From the NCBI GenBank assembly GCA_963695545.1, contig OY968796.1, positions 352,001 through 416,000 on the forward strand: a DNA stretch of 64,000 nt, read 5' to 3'. How positions within the stretch are numbered: the stretch's first letter is position 1; each line of letters starts with the position of its first letter. Source of the stretch: Terriglobia bacterium (GTDB lineage: Bacteria > Acidobacteriota > Terriglobia > Acidiferrales > UBA7541). Positions 51,201 through 60,089 of this stretch are shown one piece after another. Under the pieces are notes generated by a model. The model saw nothing but the letters and a program-made list of their open reading frames with translations. It searched no databases and was not told the DNA's origin. The translations under genes were made by a program, and so were the position numbers.

Positions 51201-51817
51201 GAGAGCTGTTTGATCTCATCCGCGCCAAGCGCGCGCCGCACAATCGTCAGCGAAGAGATTTTCCCGCCGAAGTGTTCCCCGTTCGGCCACCGAAACATCG
51301 GCGGCGCCATTTCAAGAATCGCGCTCACGCTTCCAATGTCGAGCGTGCCACTCGCCACCTGCACGCCGTCGCTGAAAAGATGGAATTCGCTGCCATCAAA
51401 TGTCGCGGCAAGGAAATGCCATTTCGCGGGATCGAGCGCGACGGGAGCGGACAACATATTGTCTTGGCCCATCCACAGCACGATCTTGCCGGCATCGAAC
51501 GCCAGGTAGCGCGGATATTCCTCCGTCGGCGCTCCCATCCCCGCGATCAAGCTAAATCCCTTCGGCGCTTCGTCGCTTTTCACCCAAGCATACAAAGACC
51601 ACGGCAACTCCGCGCGCAGCAGCGAATCGTGCGCCGCCAAAGGTTTTTCCAACCCCTCGCCGTCCGGCAAAAACACGGCGTTGTACGGCCCATACACCGC
51701 CGGATCGTTCGTCACGATTTGCGCGCGCGCCGCAGCCGCTCGAGCAACCAGGCAAAGCGCTACGAGTCCAAAAAAAAGAGCGCCAGTTCGCCGCGCGATC
51801 GGATTCGAGTGCTTCAT
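48233..51817 (-). CDS. Secreted glycoside hydrolase family 2 (beta-mannosidase/glucosaminidase-like) with N-terminal LamG-like domain
   Basis: WHFLAATFDG (LamG); VPGTVLT, GWDW, LWWPNGYG, GGNWG, RNHPSIVVWCGRNE; AGGAG RBS before ATG 51817. Confidence 0.88.
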   Translation of the reverse strand: MKHSNPIARRTGALFFGLVALCLVARAAAARAQIVTNDPAVYGPYNAVFLPDGEGLEKPLAAHDSLLRAELPWSLYAWVKSDEAPKGFSLIAGMGAPTEEYPRYLAFDAGKIVLWMGQDNMLSAPVALDPAKWHFLAATFDGSEFHLFSDGVQVASGTLDIGSVSAILEMAPPMFRWPNGEHFGGKISSLTIVRRALGADEIKQLSEQIPDFSIVDFEEASKPWPVQTRERIGYDAPQSPDEMPVSKAPFGKPVARSLPASRAALEADGENQWAIAGGWTLRPAPEVNADGPEISGAQFNSSDWLPATVPGTVLTTFVDRGVYPDPDYGLNNLAIPESLNKQDYWYRAKFAAPKEIAGRRLTLTFHGINYKAAVWLNGKFLGTITGAFIRGVFDVTDILKPASENVLAVRVSPPPHPGIPNEQSIKGGPGENGGIMCLDGPTFMATEGWDWVPGIRDRDTGIWQPVTLTATGAVRIGDPQVVTSLPLPDTSRADVEISVPLENLSAAPVHGTLDASFDQTAVSKKDIVLPPGESTVKLTPAEFSQLTVQHPRLWWPNGYGKPELYDLTLSFIEGDEVSATKHLRFGIREITYELSLLDNTGHLRRVEFSPTDARAENGEVVDITHAGIREIPIANPAFQFAAAAGSPAPADPAAARGYSDGWVASLAAGSESSPSVHMLGDAGAAPYLVIKVNGVRIACRGGNWGMDDARKRVSRARLEPFFRLHRDANLNIIRNWQGQSTEEVFYDLADEYGLMVWNDFWESTQNSNAEAEDPALFLANARDTIQRFRNHPSIVVWCGRNEGVPQPTINEGLADLVRTLDGTRYYSPSSNRINLQNSGPYRYQDPALYYTKLNLGFSMETGTPSMSTLESFRAWIPAADQWPIDDVWAYHDWHQSGNGDVAPFMAQIEAEFGAATTLEDFERKAQMLNYVDHRAIFEGMNAHLWAPNSGRLLWMTQPAWPSTMWQILSSDYDTQASYYGVKKACEPVHVQLDLSNYNVDAVNTTTGSLAGVTVSANVFSLDNKLLLHHEEKADLAADSVTHGFALDVAPLLANGVVLIKLELRSASGELLSDNLYWIGAESSSYRELNRLPAAALSATATSASSAGGDAVHVHVELRNGGNTVALANKLTLLNAADGSRILPAYFSDNYVSLLPGETRDIEIEFPPTAAHGAAQIAIRGWNLAPQTIPVTPQK

Positions 51818-52017
51818 GAAGCTCCTGGAGTCATGCCCGCGATTTTTCGCCGCGATCATACTCCAGTTCGCCGCGATGCGTGTCTCGCGCAACCCCCGGC
51901 CCGCCTCATGAGCACGTGTAGGGGCGACAAAGCCTTGCGTGGCCGAATCCGCGAGTCGCGATCCCTCATGCACATCCGCCCCGCCCTGTGGAAATTAATT
52001 CGAATACTATTTAGTAA

Positions 52018-52046
52018 TTGACAGTTTCTTACTTTTATGCTATATC
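52018..52046 (+). promoter_or_regulatory. Sigma-70-like promoter preceding AT-rich motif array B
   Basis: TTGACA-N17-TATATC with TG extension. Confidence 0.5.
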
Positions 52047-52136
52047 TCTGTGTGTTCACAAACTCAATTCGAACTCTGCCCCCGCCCCTCCCCCGAGCCC
52101 TGCGTCGCGTCGCGCCTGTTTCCATTTTTCTCGCAC

Positions 52137-52230
52137 AACTCCCCTGCTTTCAATCAATTCCGAACCGCTCATGCACACTTTTCCTGGAAGTGCTGCATTC
52201 ACATCAACTTACAAACTGCGTACCGGGGGT
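52137..52230 (+). repeat. AT-rich degenerate motif array B ending in a G5 tract
   Basis: AACTCC-cctg-CTTTCA-atcaa-TTCCG aligns with 31020 AACTCC-tttt-CTTTCA-gcgag-TTCCG; GGGGG at 52225-52229. Confidence 0.55.
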
Positions 52231-52310
52231 GTGCCCCTCTACGCATCTCAACCTGCGCGGCACAGATGCCCCGCCGCGTGATCGCAGTGGAGTAGAATGG
52301 GTGTGGCGCG

Positions 52311-54137
52311 ATGAATAGACCTCACAAAATTGCGTGCGCGCGCCGCGCGAGTTTTGGCCGCGCGAGCCGAACAATGGCCGCGCCCCTCGCCGCGCAAACA
52401 CTGGCGGCTGCGTTGGCCGCAGCTCTCTTCGCGATTCCGGCGCTCGCGTCGGCGATCGGCGGGACGAAATCTCCTTCGGCTTCTTCGACTGGGACTTTTT
52501 CTCCCGCGAGCATCGGTGCAGCCGCGAACCGCGATTTCGTCGGCAAGCTTCCCATCAGCGATCTCGATCAGGAACAAGCCGTGCTCCACGCGCTCGATCG
52601 GCTCGGCTTTGGGCCGGCGCCGGGAGAGGTCGCGCGCCTCGAGCAATCCGGCCTGGAAGCGTGGATCGATCAGCAGCTTCATCCCGAATCAATCGACGAC
52701 TCCGCGATGGACGCGCGCCTCGCGAGTCTTCCGGCGCTGCAACTTTCCGCGCAGGCGCTGCTCGACCAATATCCTCCGACCGACGTCGCCGCGAAACGCG
52801 CGGGAATGTCGCAGGACGACTACCGCAAGCTTCAGCAGCAACTCGCGCATCCCGCGCAGGGCGTGCATCCGCCGCCCTCGAGCGACCCGCAGGAAATTCA
52901 GAACGAACTCGCCCAGGCCAAAATGCTCCGCGCGATTTACAGCGAGCGGCAACTCGAAGAGCAGCTCGTTAATTTCTGGTTCAACCACTTCAACGTCTAT
53001 GCGCCGAAGGATCAGGATCGCTGGTACATCCTGCCGTACGAGCGCGACACGATTCGCCCGCACGTGCTTGGAAAATTCCGCGATCTGCTCGAAGCCACGG
53101 CCAAGAGCCCCGCGATGCAGTTTTATCTCGACAATTGGCTGAGCGCCGATCCGGACGCCTTCGCGCGCATCAAGCAGGATCCCGAGCAATACCGCGCCAA
53201 GCCCGGCGCGCCGCCGCTCGGCGGCAAGCGCGGCCTGAACGAAAATTACGGCCGCGAATTGATGGAGCTGCACACGCTCGGCGTCGACGGCGGCTACACC
53301 CAGCAGGACGTGATCGAGGTGGCGCGCTGCTTCACGGGCTGGACGATCGCGTCGCCAAGGCAGAATCCCGAATTTTATTTCGACGACCGCATTCACGACC
53401 CCGGCGAAAAACGCGTGCTCGGCAAGAGAATTCACGCCGGTGGAATTCGCGACGGCGAACAGGTGCTCGATATGCTCGCGAAAAATCCGCACACCGCGCA
53501 CCACATTTCGCTTGAGCTTGCGCAATATTTCGGCGCCGACGATCCGCCGGCGCCGCTGGTGGACCGCATGGTCAAAACATGGAAAAAAACCAACGGCGAT
53601 TTGCGCGAAGTGATGCGCGCCATGATCTATTCGCCGGAATTCTGGTCGCACGCGGCGTATCGCGCCAAAGTGAAAACGCCGTTTGAGCTTGTGGCCTCCG
53701 CCGCGCGCGCCCTCGGCGCCGATGTGGATCAGGCGCAGCCGCTGGTTTACTGGAGCGCGCGCATCGGCGAGCCGCTCTATCAGTGCCTGCCGCCCGACGG
53801 CTATTCCGATAAAGCCCAATCCTGGGTAAGTACCGGCGCGCTTCTCAATCGTCTTAACTACGCCATTGCGCTTGCGAGCGATCGCATTCGCGGAACGTCC
53901 GTCGAGCTAACGCCGCTGGTCGGCGACGACGTCGGAGCGGATCCGCAGAAGGCTCTCGATCGCGTGATGACACTTTTCCTGGGCGAAGGCGTTTCCGACG
54001 CCACGCGCGCCACGCTCGAGCGCGAATCGAACGATCCGAAAGTCACCGGCGCGAAGCTCGACGATCCCATTCGCGAAGTCAATCTGGGCGTGCTGAGCGG
54101 CCTGGTGCTGGGCGCGCCCGAATTTCAGGAGAGGTGA
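52311..54137 (+). CDS. DUF1800 family protein
   Basis: LDRLGFGP, FWFNHFNV, PAMQFYLDN, NENYGRELMELHTLG, KVKTPFE, PEFQ. Confidence 0.92.
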   Translation: MNRPHKIACARRASFGRASRTMAAPLAAQTLAAALAAALFAIPALASAIGGTKSPSASSTGTFSPASIGAAANRDFVGKLPISDLDQEQAVLHALDRLGFGPAPGEVARLEQSGLEAWIDQQLHPESIDDSAMDARLASLPALQLSAQALLDQYPPTDVAAKRAGMSQDDYRKLQQQLAHPAQGVHPPPSSDPQEIQNELAQAKMLRAIYSERQLEEQLVNFWFNHFNVYAPKDQDRWYILPYERDTIRPHVLGKFRDLLEATAKSPAMQFYLDNWLSADPDAFARIKQDPEQYRAKPGAPPLGGKRGLNENYGRELMELHTLGVDGGYTQQDVIEVARCFTGWTIASPRQNPEFYFDDRIHDPGEKRVLGKRIHAGGIRDGEQVLDMLAKNPHTAHHISLELAQYFGADDPPAPLVDRMVKTWKKTNGDLREVMRAMIYSPEFWSHAAYRAKVKTPFELVASAARALGADVDQAQPLVYWSARIGEPLYQCLPPDGYSDKAQSWVSTGALLNRLNYAIALASDRIRGTSVELTPLVGDDVGADPQKALDRVMTLFLGEGVSDATRATLERESNDPKVTGAKLDDPIREVNLGVLSGLVLGAPEFQER

Positions 54138-54179
54138 TAGAATCGCGCCGCCCAACCTTGGGCACATCGGAGGCCGCCC

Positions 54180-54620
54180 ATGGGAAAAGAAAAACCGCAG
54201 AGTTTTGACGATCACGCGCGTTTCGTCCCCGCATTCCACTTTTTCGTGCTGCCGGTATTGTTCGTGAATTTCGTGGCTTCGTTTTTTCCGCTGCGGCACG
54301 GCATCTCGTTCCGTTCGGTTTTCGGCGTGCTGCTGGCCGCGGCGCTGCTGATGCTCGGGCTGACCGCGCGCACATTTGCGCTCACTGTGCAGGACCGCGT
54401 GATCCGCCTCGAAATGCGCCTGCGAATGGCCGAGCTTCTGCCGATGGATATGAGAGGAAAGATCGACGAATTCACGGTGGGCCAATTGATCGGGCTGCGC
54501 TTCGCGAGCGATGCGGAATTGCCGGACCTGGCTCGGCGCGTCCTCGAAGAGCCGGTGACGGATCGCACCGTGATCAAGAAGTTGATCAAGAACTGGCGCG
54601 CGGATTATTTGCGGGCGTAG
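54180..54620 (+). CDS. DUF6526 family membrane protein
   Basis: FVPAFHFF...QDRVIRLEMRLR...QLIGLRFASDAEL...IKNWRADYLR. Confidence 0.8.
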   Translation: MGKEKPQSFDDHARFVPAFHFFVLPVLFVNFVASFFPLRHGISFRSVFGVLLAAALLMLGLTARTFALTVQDRVIRLEMRLRMAELLPMDMRGKIDEFTVGQLIGLRFASDAELPDLARRVLEEPVTDRTVIKKLIKNWRADYLRA

Positions 54621-54652
54621 CAGAGCAAGCTCTCAGCGCGAGCGCGACGGCG

Positions 54653-56134
54653 CTAACACGCCGCCGCAGCTGGTCCGCACGCGGGCGCGGGTTGCGGGCG
54701 CACCTTGTAGACTTCGAGCGCTCCGTAGGAATAGACGCGGTCACCGATTCCGGCAAGCGACGGAGAAAACTCGGGCACGCCATAGGCCCATATATATTGA
54801 TAGTCGCGCGCCGCCGCCGCAAAGTCCGGCGAATCGTCGTCGCCCTGGCTCCAGAAAGCGTCGTCGGTATAGCTGTCGTAAGTGATGCGCATGGGCGTTT
54901 CGCCGGGAAAATCGAATAGATACGGCGAAAACCAGCCGCGGCGGATAACGCCGTACGACCAGAAATGGGTGAACGGCCGCTCGATCGGATCCTGGTCGCC
55001 CTTGACGATCGGCAGCACGAGCGCGTCGCGCGGCACAACATCGAATGACGCGGCCAAGCCCGCGAGTTCAGGCTGCTCGGCGCCCCACTTGTGAGTGATG
55101 CTTACCGCGCGCGCCGCAAACAAGATCAACGGCAGCGCGGCAAGCAATCGTGCGCGCGGCCCGATGCGCGCGACGGCGAAGATCACGACAAACAAGAGCG
55201 GCAGCACGCGAATATCGAGATCGGATGCGTCACCGTAACCCCACGGAATGATCCAGAACGCGGCGAACAAAAACGCCGCGGTGCCGAGCCAAGGCCAATC
55301 CCAGCGAAACGAAGGATTGCGCCACCACGCGAGCAGAAAAAAAACAGGCACCGCCGCGAACGTGATCCAATCGAGCTTCGGCGAATATCCGTGCATGATT
55401 TTTCCGAGCGCGGCGATCTTGTCGCCCCATTGCTGATACACAATTTGCTGGCGTCCGAGACCCACACGCGAAGAGTGCAGATACGCGAGCGCGCCGGGAA
55501 CAAACAACAACCAGGAAAACACGATCAATCGAAACGATTGCCGCGAGAGTAGAGCGTAAACCGTGAGCGTGATTCCGACAATTGCAAACGCGAGCAAGTG
55601 CGTGAAATAAAGCGCGGTGACGGCGACCAGCGTCGCGACCCAGAGAGCGGCGCCGCTGCGGCGCAGCCAGCGCAGCCACAATCCGAATGCGAACATGCCG
55701 ACGACCAGGCCGAGATCGAAATTGAGAAATCCTTCGAGAAAAAATACGTTGTAGGCCACAAGCGCAGCCCACACGGCGGTCCAGTTTTCGCCCGGATGCG
55801 CTTCGCGCAGAAAAAACCACGCGGCGACGGGAAACAACACGGCGCACAGACTGAGAAAAACGCGACCGGCGGTCTCGATGGGAAAAATTCGATCGAGAAC
55901 GAACATGCTGGCATCCATCCCGAGATACGGGTAGAGCCGCCAGTCGGAAGCGTAGTACTTCGAGAAAGTGTACGCAGGATCGTGAAGATGGCGCAGAACG
56001 AAGGCGCGCGCCAGGTGATTCGGATAATCGAGAAGCGGCGGAAAGGCCGCGCGCCAGATGGGCAGCAGGAGTCCCGCTGCGAGAACCACGAGTGCCGCGA
56101 CGATCAGAAGTCGTTTGGGAATTTCGGAGGGCAC
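54653..56134 (-). CDS. Polytopic membrane protein, possible GT-C-fold glycosyltransferase
   Basis: PPLLDYPNHLAR periplasmic loop after TM1, about 11-12 TM segments, soluble C-terminus; TAGTG coupling with upstream gene. Confidence 0.6.
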   Translation of the reverse strand: MPSEIPKRLLIVAALVVLAAGLLLPIWRAAFPPLLDYPNHLARAFVLRHLHDPAYTFSKYYASDWRLYPYLGMDASMFVLDRIFPIETAGRVFLSLCAVLFPVAAWFFLREAHPGENWTAVWAALVAYNVFFLEGFLNFDLGLVVGMFAFGLWLRWLRRSGAALWVATLVAVTALYFTHLLAFAIVGITLTVYALLSRQSFRLIVFSWLLFVPGALAYLHSSRVGLGRQQIVYQQWGDKIAALGKIMHGYSPKLDWITFAAVPVFFLLAWWRNPSFRWDWPWLGTAAFLFAAFWIIPWGYGDASDLDIRVLPLLFVVIFAVARIGPRARLLAALPLILFAARAVSITHKWGAEQPELAGLAASFDVVPRDALVLPIVKGDQDPIERPFTHFWSYGVIRRGWFSPYLFDFPGETPMRITYDSYTDDAFWSQGDDDSPDFAAAARDYQYIWAYGVPEFSPSLAGIGDRVYSYGALEVYKVRPQPAPACGPAAAAC

Positions 56135-57639
56135 TAGCGAAGGCCGCTGGCCAAAAGGGGAAGAAGCCCCGCGAGCGTCAGGCCAATCAATAATGCGAGG
56201 CTCTCCCGGCCGGTTTTACGATCGGCGAGGCCCAAAGCGAAAAATCCTTTGGCGAGATTGTTGCTCGCGGCAGCCACCACGATGGACGCAGCGGCAAGAT
56301 GCAAGGGCGCAGACTGACCGGCCGCTTGCGTCAATCCCATAACGAACGGCTCGACGTCGCTGATGCCCATGACGGTCGCAAGCGCAAAAATTCCTCCGCG
56401 GCCCAGATACGTCAGCGTGAACTGCGTGAGCACGAGGACGCCGACGAAAATGACGGCGAAGGTAAACGCCACGGATAGTTCGAGAGGATTCTTCGAGGTG
56501 ACGCCGCCTTGCCCCGAGACCGCGCCGGAATCCGGCCGGCGCGCCCACATCCATCCGCCCACCATTCCGACGAACGTGAGAATCGCAAACGGCAATGCAA
56601 TCAACTGCGCGAGCGCGTGATTGAACAGCCACACGAGGACCAGGAATCGAAGATACATCACGCCGGAAGCGAGGAGGATGGCGCCTGAATATAGATGAGG
56701 CGCGGGAGCTACGCGCGCGCGCTTCGACAATACGATGGTGGTCAGCGTCGACGAATATGCGCCGCCGAGCAGCGCGGCGAGCATCACGCCGCCTTTGCCG
56801 TGCGTGAGTTTCTGCAAGATATAGCCGCCGTAAGAAAGTCCGCTGACGGCGACGACGACCATCCAGGCCTTGAAAGGATTCAAGTGATACGCGCCGAATT
56901 CGCGATTGGGCAGAATCGGCAGGATGACGAATGTCAGCAGGAGAAACTTGGTGAACGTCAGAATTTCAGTCGCAGCGATGCGATCGGTGAGGCTCTCGAG
57001 AAACTGCTTCAACTCGAGCAGGAGCAAACCCAGGATCGCCAGAGTGGTGGCCACCCAAAAATGATCTCGGGAGATCAGCACGCCGACCAGGTATGTGGTG
57101 AGACCGGAAATCTCCGTGGTTACACCGGCGACGGTCTGCGTCTGGAGCTTGTGCCAATAGGACAGCCAGAGAAAGGCGCCGACCACGGCAAATCCCGCGG
57201 CGATCAGGCCCCATCCCTGGCCGGCGAGCAGACCCATGGCGTAGCCAATCAGTCCAATCAGCGGAAATGTGCGGACGCCACCAAAGCGATAGCGGTCGGC
57301 AACCCCGCGGCCCTCTTCGCGCTCTAAGCCTATGAGAAAAGACAGAAAGACTACGAGCAGGATTTCCACGCCTTGCGATGGCACAAGCGAGTTGAGAGCT
57401 TGAAGCACGAAACCAGGGCCTCCAGACGCGCCGATCACCACCCTTTCGGCGGCGGGCGGCGATGGGAGCGTATCGAGAAATGCCGAGAAACTCAATGACG
57501 GGCGGGCCGCAGTGCCAGTATGGGGCGCCTGTACATTTTTGTTCTTGTCAAATGATCGTACTCCGGCTATTCTCGCCCCGTCCGTTAATCCCTTATGTGC
57601 TTTGAGACGACGCACCAACGCGGCGCACATCCCTGGCAA
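56134..57639 (-). CDS. MgtC/SapB-DUF4010 membrane protein (true start likely downstream of 57639)
   Basis: LIGLERE...GGVRTFPLIG, GVTTE, ILPILPN, GGAYSST, NPLEL. Confidence 0.85.
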   Translation of the reverse strand: MPGMCAALVRRLKAHKGLTDGARIAGVRSFDKNKNVQAPHTGTAARPSLSFSAFLDTLPSPPAAERVVIGASGGPGFVLQALNSLVPSQGVEILLVVFLSFLIGLEREEGRGVADRYRFGGVRTFPLIGLIGYAMGLLAGQGWGLIAAGFAVVGAFLWLSYWHKLQTQTVAGVTTEISGLTTYLVGVLISRDHFWVATTLAILGLLLLELKQFLESLTDRIAATEILTFTKFLLLTFVILPILPNREFGAYHLNPFKAWMVVVAVSGLSYGGYILQKLTHGKGGVMLAALLGGAYSSTLTTIVLSKRARVAPAPHLYSGAILLASGVMYLRFLVLVWLFNHALAQLIALPFAILTFVGMVGGWMWARRPDSGAVSGQGGVTSKNPLELSVAFTFAVIFVGVLVLTQFTLTYLGRGGIFALATVMGISDVEPFVMGLTQAAGQSAPLHLAAASIVVAAASNNLAKGFFALGLADRKTGRESLALLIGLTLAGLLPLLASGLR

Positions 57640-58884
57640 GTTCTGACCGGCGCGGTGTTTTTAGCCGCGGCCTTCTGCGCCACGCCATCGCGCTGCGCCG
57701 CGCAAACGAACGCGCAAACCCCTCCTCCTGCTGCGCAAACAACTCTCACGGAACAGCGCGACGTCAACGGCCGACAGCAGTGGACCGACACGGCAATCGA
57801 TGTCTACCCTGGCGATGTTGTGAAGTTACACGCCACCGGCGCGCTCATCGGGCCAGGCGCTCCGGCGTGTGGGCCGGACGGACGGGTGCGCGATTGGCAC
57901 AACATCACCGCGCGCTACCCGGTGAACCAGGCCGGAACCGGTGCGCTGATAGGCCGCGTGGGCGTGACGGACAAAACGCAAGCGTTCGGCGTCGGCTCGC
58001 ATCACGAAATGAAAGTGGAAATTGCCGGGCGGCTTTATCTGGGCGTCAACGAAGCGTCGAATGAATCGGCAGCGGGCAGCTATCACGTCACGATCGAGAT
58101 CGATCGTGCGACGCCGGCTCCTGCCGTGATGTCTGTATCGACCGGCGCCGGATCCGTGGTCGAAGTTTCCGCTGCGGCTTTCCCGACGTCAGGCCTCGCG
58201 CAAATTCCGCTGCGGGTGACGAATAAGGCCGGCGATCCAGGAGACATGGTGAATTTCGTTTTGATCGGCTCCGAAGCCGCCGTGGACCAGGCGTTCAGAG
58301 ACGCCGGATGGTTGAAAGTGCTGGATACGAATAAGGATCATCGACGCGCCGCGATGGGCGGTGTTTTCAGCAGCTTCCGCCACAAACCCTTCGTTGAGAT
58401 GCCGATGAGCCAGTTGTATCTGTACGGACGCGCGCAGGACGTCGGTTATGCGCGAGGCGTGGCGGTGGCGGCGCTCGGATCGCGGCACCATCTGCGACTT
58501 TGGAAGGCGCCAATTCAAGTCGCGGGGCAGGATGTGTGGGTGGGTGCGGGAACCCACGACAAAAGTTTTATGCACGATCCGCACCACAAAGGATTTTCGC
58601 ACTACATCGATCCGAACGTAGACGACGAGCGCACGTACATCCAGCAAACTTTGGGTAACACGCACGAGGCCACGCAGTGGACGATGATCCAGCCGCCCAA
58701 TCCTGTGCAGAACGCGGAGACGGTGAGTGGGCAAGTGTTCCATTCCAACGGACAGATGCTGGTGATGTGGCTGCGCGCGAACCCGACGGCGCCTGAGATT
58801 TCGGCGCAAGCCACGGGTGGTTCCACAGGCCTCGGCAGTGCAGCGACCGCTGTGCCCGGGGCAAGCGCGTTTAACAAGAATTAG
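57595..58884 (+). CDS. Secreted protein with N-terminal PA-IL/LecA-like beta-sandwich and LssY C-terminal domain
   Basis: WTDTAIDV..GD, GALIGRVG, GRLYLGVN; GDMVNFVLIG, PMSQLYLYGR.QD, RHHLRLW, WVGAGTHD, HYIDPNVDDER. Confidence 0.75.
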   Translation: MCFETTHQRGAHPWQVLTGAVFLAAAFCATPSRCAAQTNAQTPPPAAQTTLTEQRDVNGRQQWTDTAIDVYPGDVVKLHATGALIGPGAPACGPDGRVRDWHNITARYPVNQAGTGALIGRVGVTDKTQAFGVGSHHEMKVEIAGRLYLGVNEASNESAAGSYHVTIEIDRATPAPAVMSVSTGAGSVVEVSAAAFPTSGLAQIPLRVTNKAGDPGDMVNFVLIGSEAAVDQAFRDAGWLKVLDTNKDHRRAAMGGVFSSFRHKPFVEMPMSQLYLYGRAQDVGYARGVAVAALGSRHHLRLWKAPIQVAGQDVWVGAGTHDKSFMHDPHHKGFSHYIDPNVDDERTYIQQTLGNTHEATQWTMIQPPNPVQNAETVSGQVFHSNGQMLVMWLRANPTAPEISAQATGGSTGLGSAATAVPGASAFNKN

Positions 58885-58940
58885 ATCGAGCGACGCGCGC
58901 ACTTTCTTCCCGCCGTCTTTTCCTTACATTTGACAGTTTT

Positions 58941-60089
58941 TCAATCGAGTGATTTGTGGAATCGCAAGACGCTAACTGTGAGCAGCACTGCGGAGAAAAT
59001 TCCCATGGCCACGAGTTGCGGCCACAGAACCTCGAAACCCACGCCCTTCAAATAAACGCTGCGGACCACGATCATGAAATACCGGAGCGGATCGAGATAG
59101 GTGAGCTTCTGAAAAAATGGCGGCATGCTGCTGATGGGCGTGCCGAAGCCGGAGAGCGTGGTTGCCGGCATGATGAAGAAAAAAGACGCGATCATAGCCT
59201 GTTGCTGCGTGGCGGAGATCGTCGAGAGCAACAGGCCTGCCCCGAGTCCCGACAAAACGAAGAGCAGCGCGGCGACACCCAGGACCACGACGCTCCCGCG
59301 GAACGGGACGCCAAACCAAAACGTTCCGACCAGGCTGATCAGCGTGGCGTCAAACATGCCGACGAGAAAAAAAGGCAGCGTCTTGCCGAAGATGAATTCC
59401 CAGCGCTTGATCGGCGTCACCATGACTTGTTCGAGCGTGCCGATTTCGCGTTCGCGGACGATGGCGAAGGCCGTTAGCGTCATCACCAGGATCAGCAAGA
59501 GATTCCCGATTACGCCGGGCACGAAGAACCACCGGCTCTCGAAGGATTCGTTGAACCACGGCCGCTCTTCAAGATCCACTCCGGGCACAACCGTCGCCAA
59601 TTCCGGCTCGGCACGGTTGAGCCGGTGCGTCTGATAATCCTGGGAGAATTGCGCGCCGATCTGATTTAAATAGCCGAGGGCCACAAGAGCAGTATTCGAG
59701 TTGCTGGCGTCCACAATCACCTGCACGGGGGCGGTTTGCCCGCCTTGGAGACGCTGAGAGAAACCGCGATCGATCTCGATCGCGAGAAGCACGTCGCCAC
59801 GATCGATCCAATCGCGGATCTGATCGGTCTTCGTGGCGGTTTCGCGCAAATCGAAATAGGGACTCGAGGTGAAGCGTTGAATCAGCGCGCGGCTGTCTTG
59901 CGTGTTATCGCGATCGAGCACGGCAATCGAGACGTGTTTCACTTCAAGCGTGGCCGCATAGCCGAACACCAGCATCTGGATGATCGGCGGAACGAAAAGC
60001 ACGAAACGCGTGCGCGGATCGCGCAGCGTCTGGATGAACTCCTTCACGACCATGCCCTTGATTCGTTCCCAGGATTGCCGGAGATTCAT
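58941..60089 (-). CDS. ABC-2 transporter permease (YbhR-like)
   Basis: KEFIQTLRD, IVREREIGTLEQVMVTP, LSGFGTPI. Confidence 0.92.
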   Translation of the reverse strand: MNLRQSWERIKGMVVKEFIQTLRDPRTRFVLFVPPIIQMLVFGYAATLEVKHVSIAVLDRDNTQDSRALIQRFTSSPYFDLRETATKTDQIRDWIDRGDVLLAIEIDRGFSQRLQGGQTAPVQVIVDASNSNTALVALGYLNQIGAQFSQDYQTHRLNRAEPELATVVPGVDLEERPWFNESFESRWFFVPGVIGNLLLILVMTLTAFAIVREREIGTLEQVMVTPIKRWEFIFGKTLPFFLVGMFDATLISLVGTFWFGVPFRGSVVVLGVAALLFVLSGLGAGLLLSTISATQQQAMIASFFFIMPATTLSGFGTPISSMPPFFQKLTYLDPLRYFMIVVRSVYLKGVGFEVLWPQLVAMGIFSAVLLTVSVLRFHKSLD

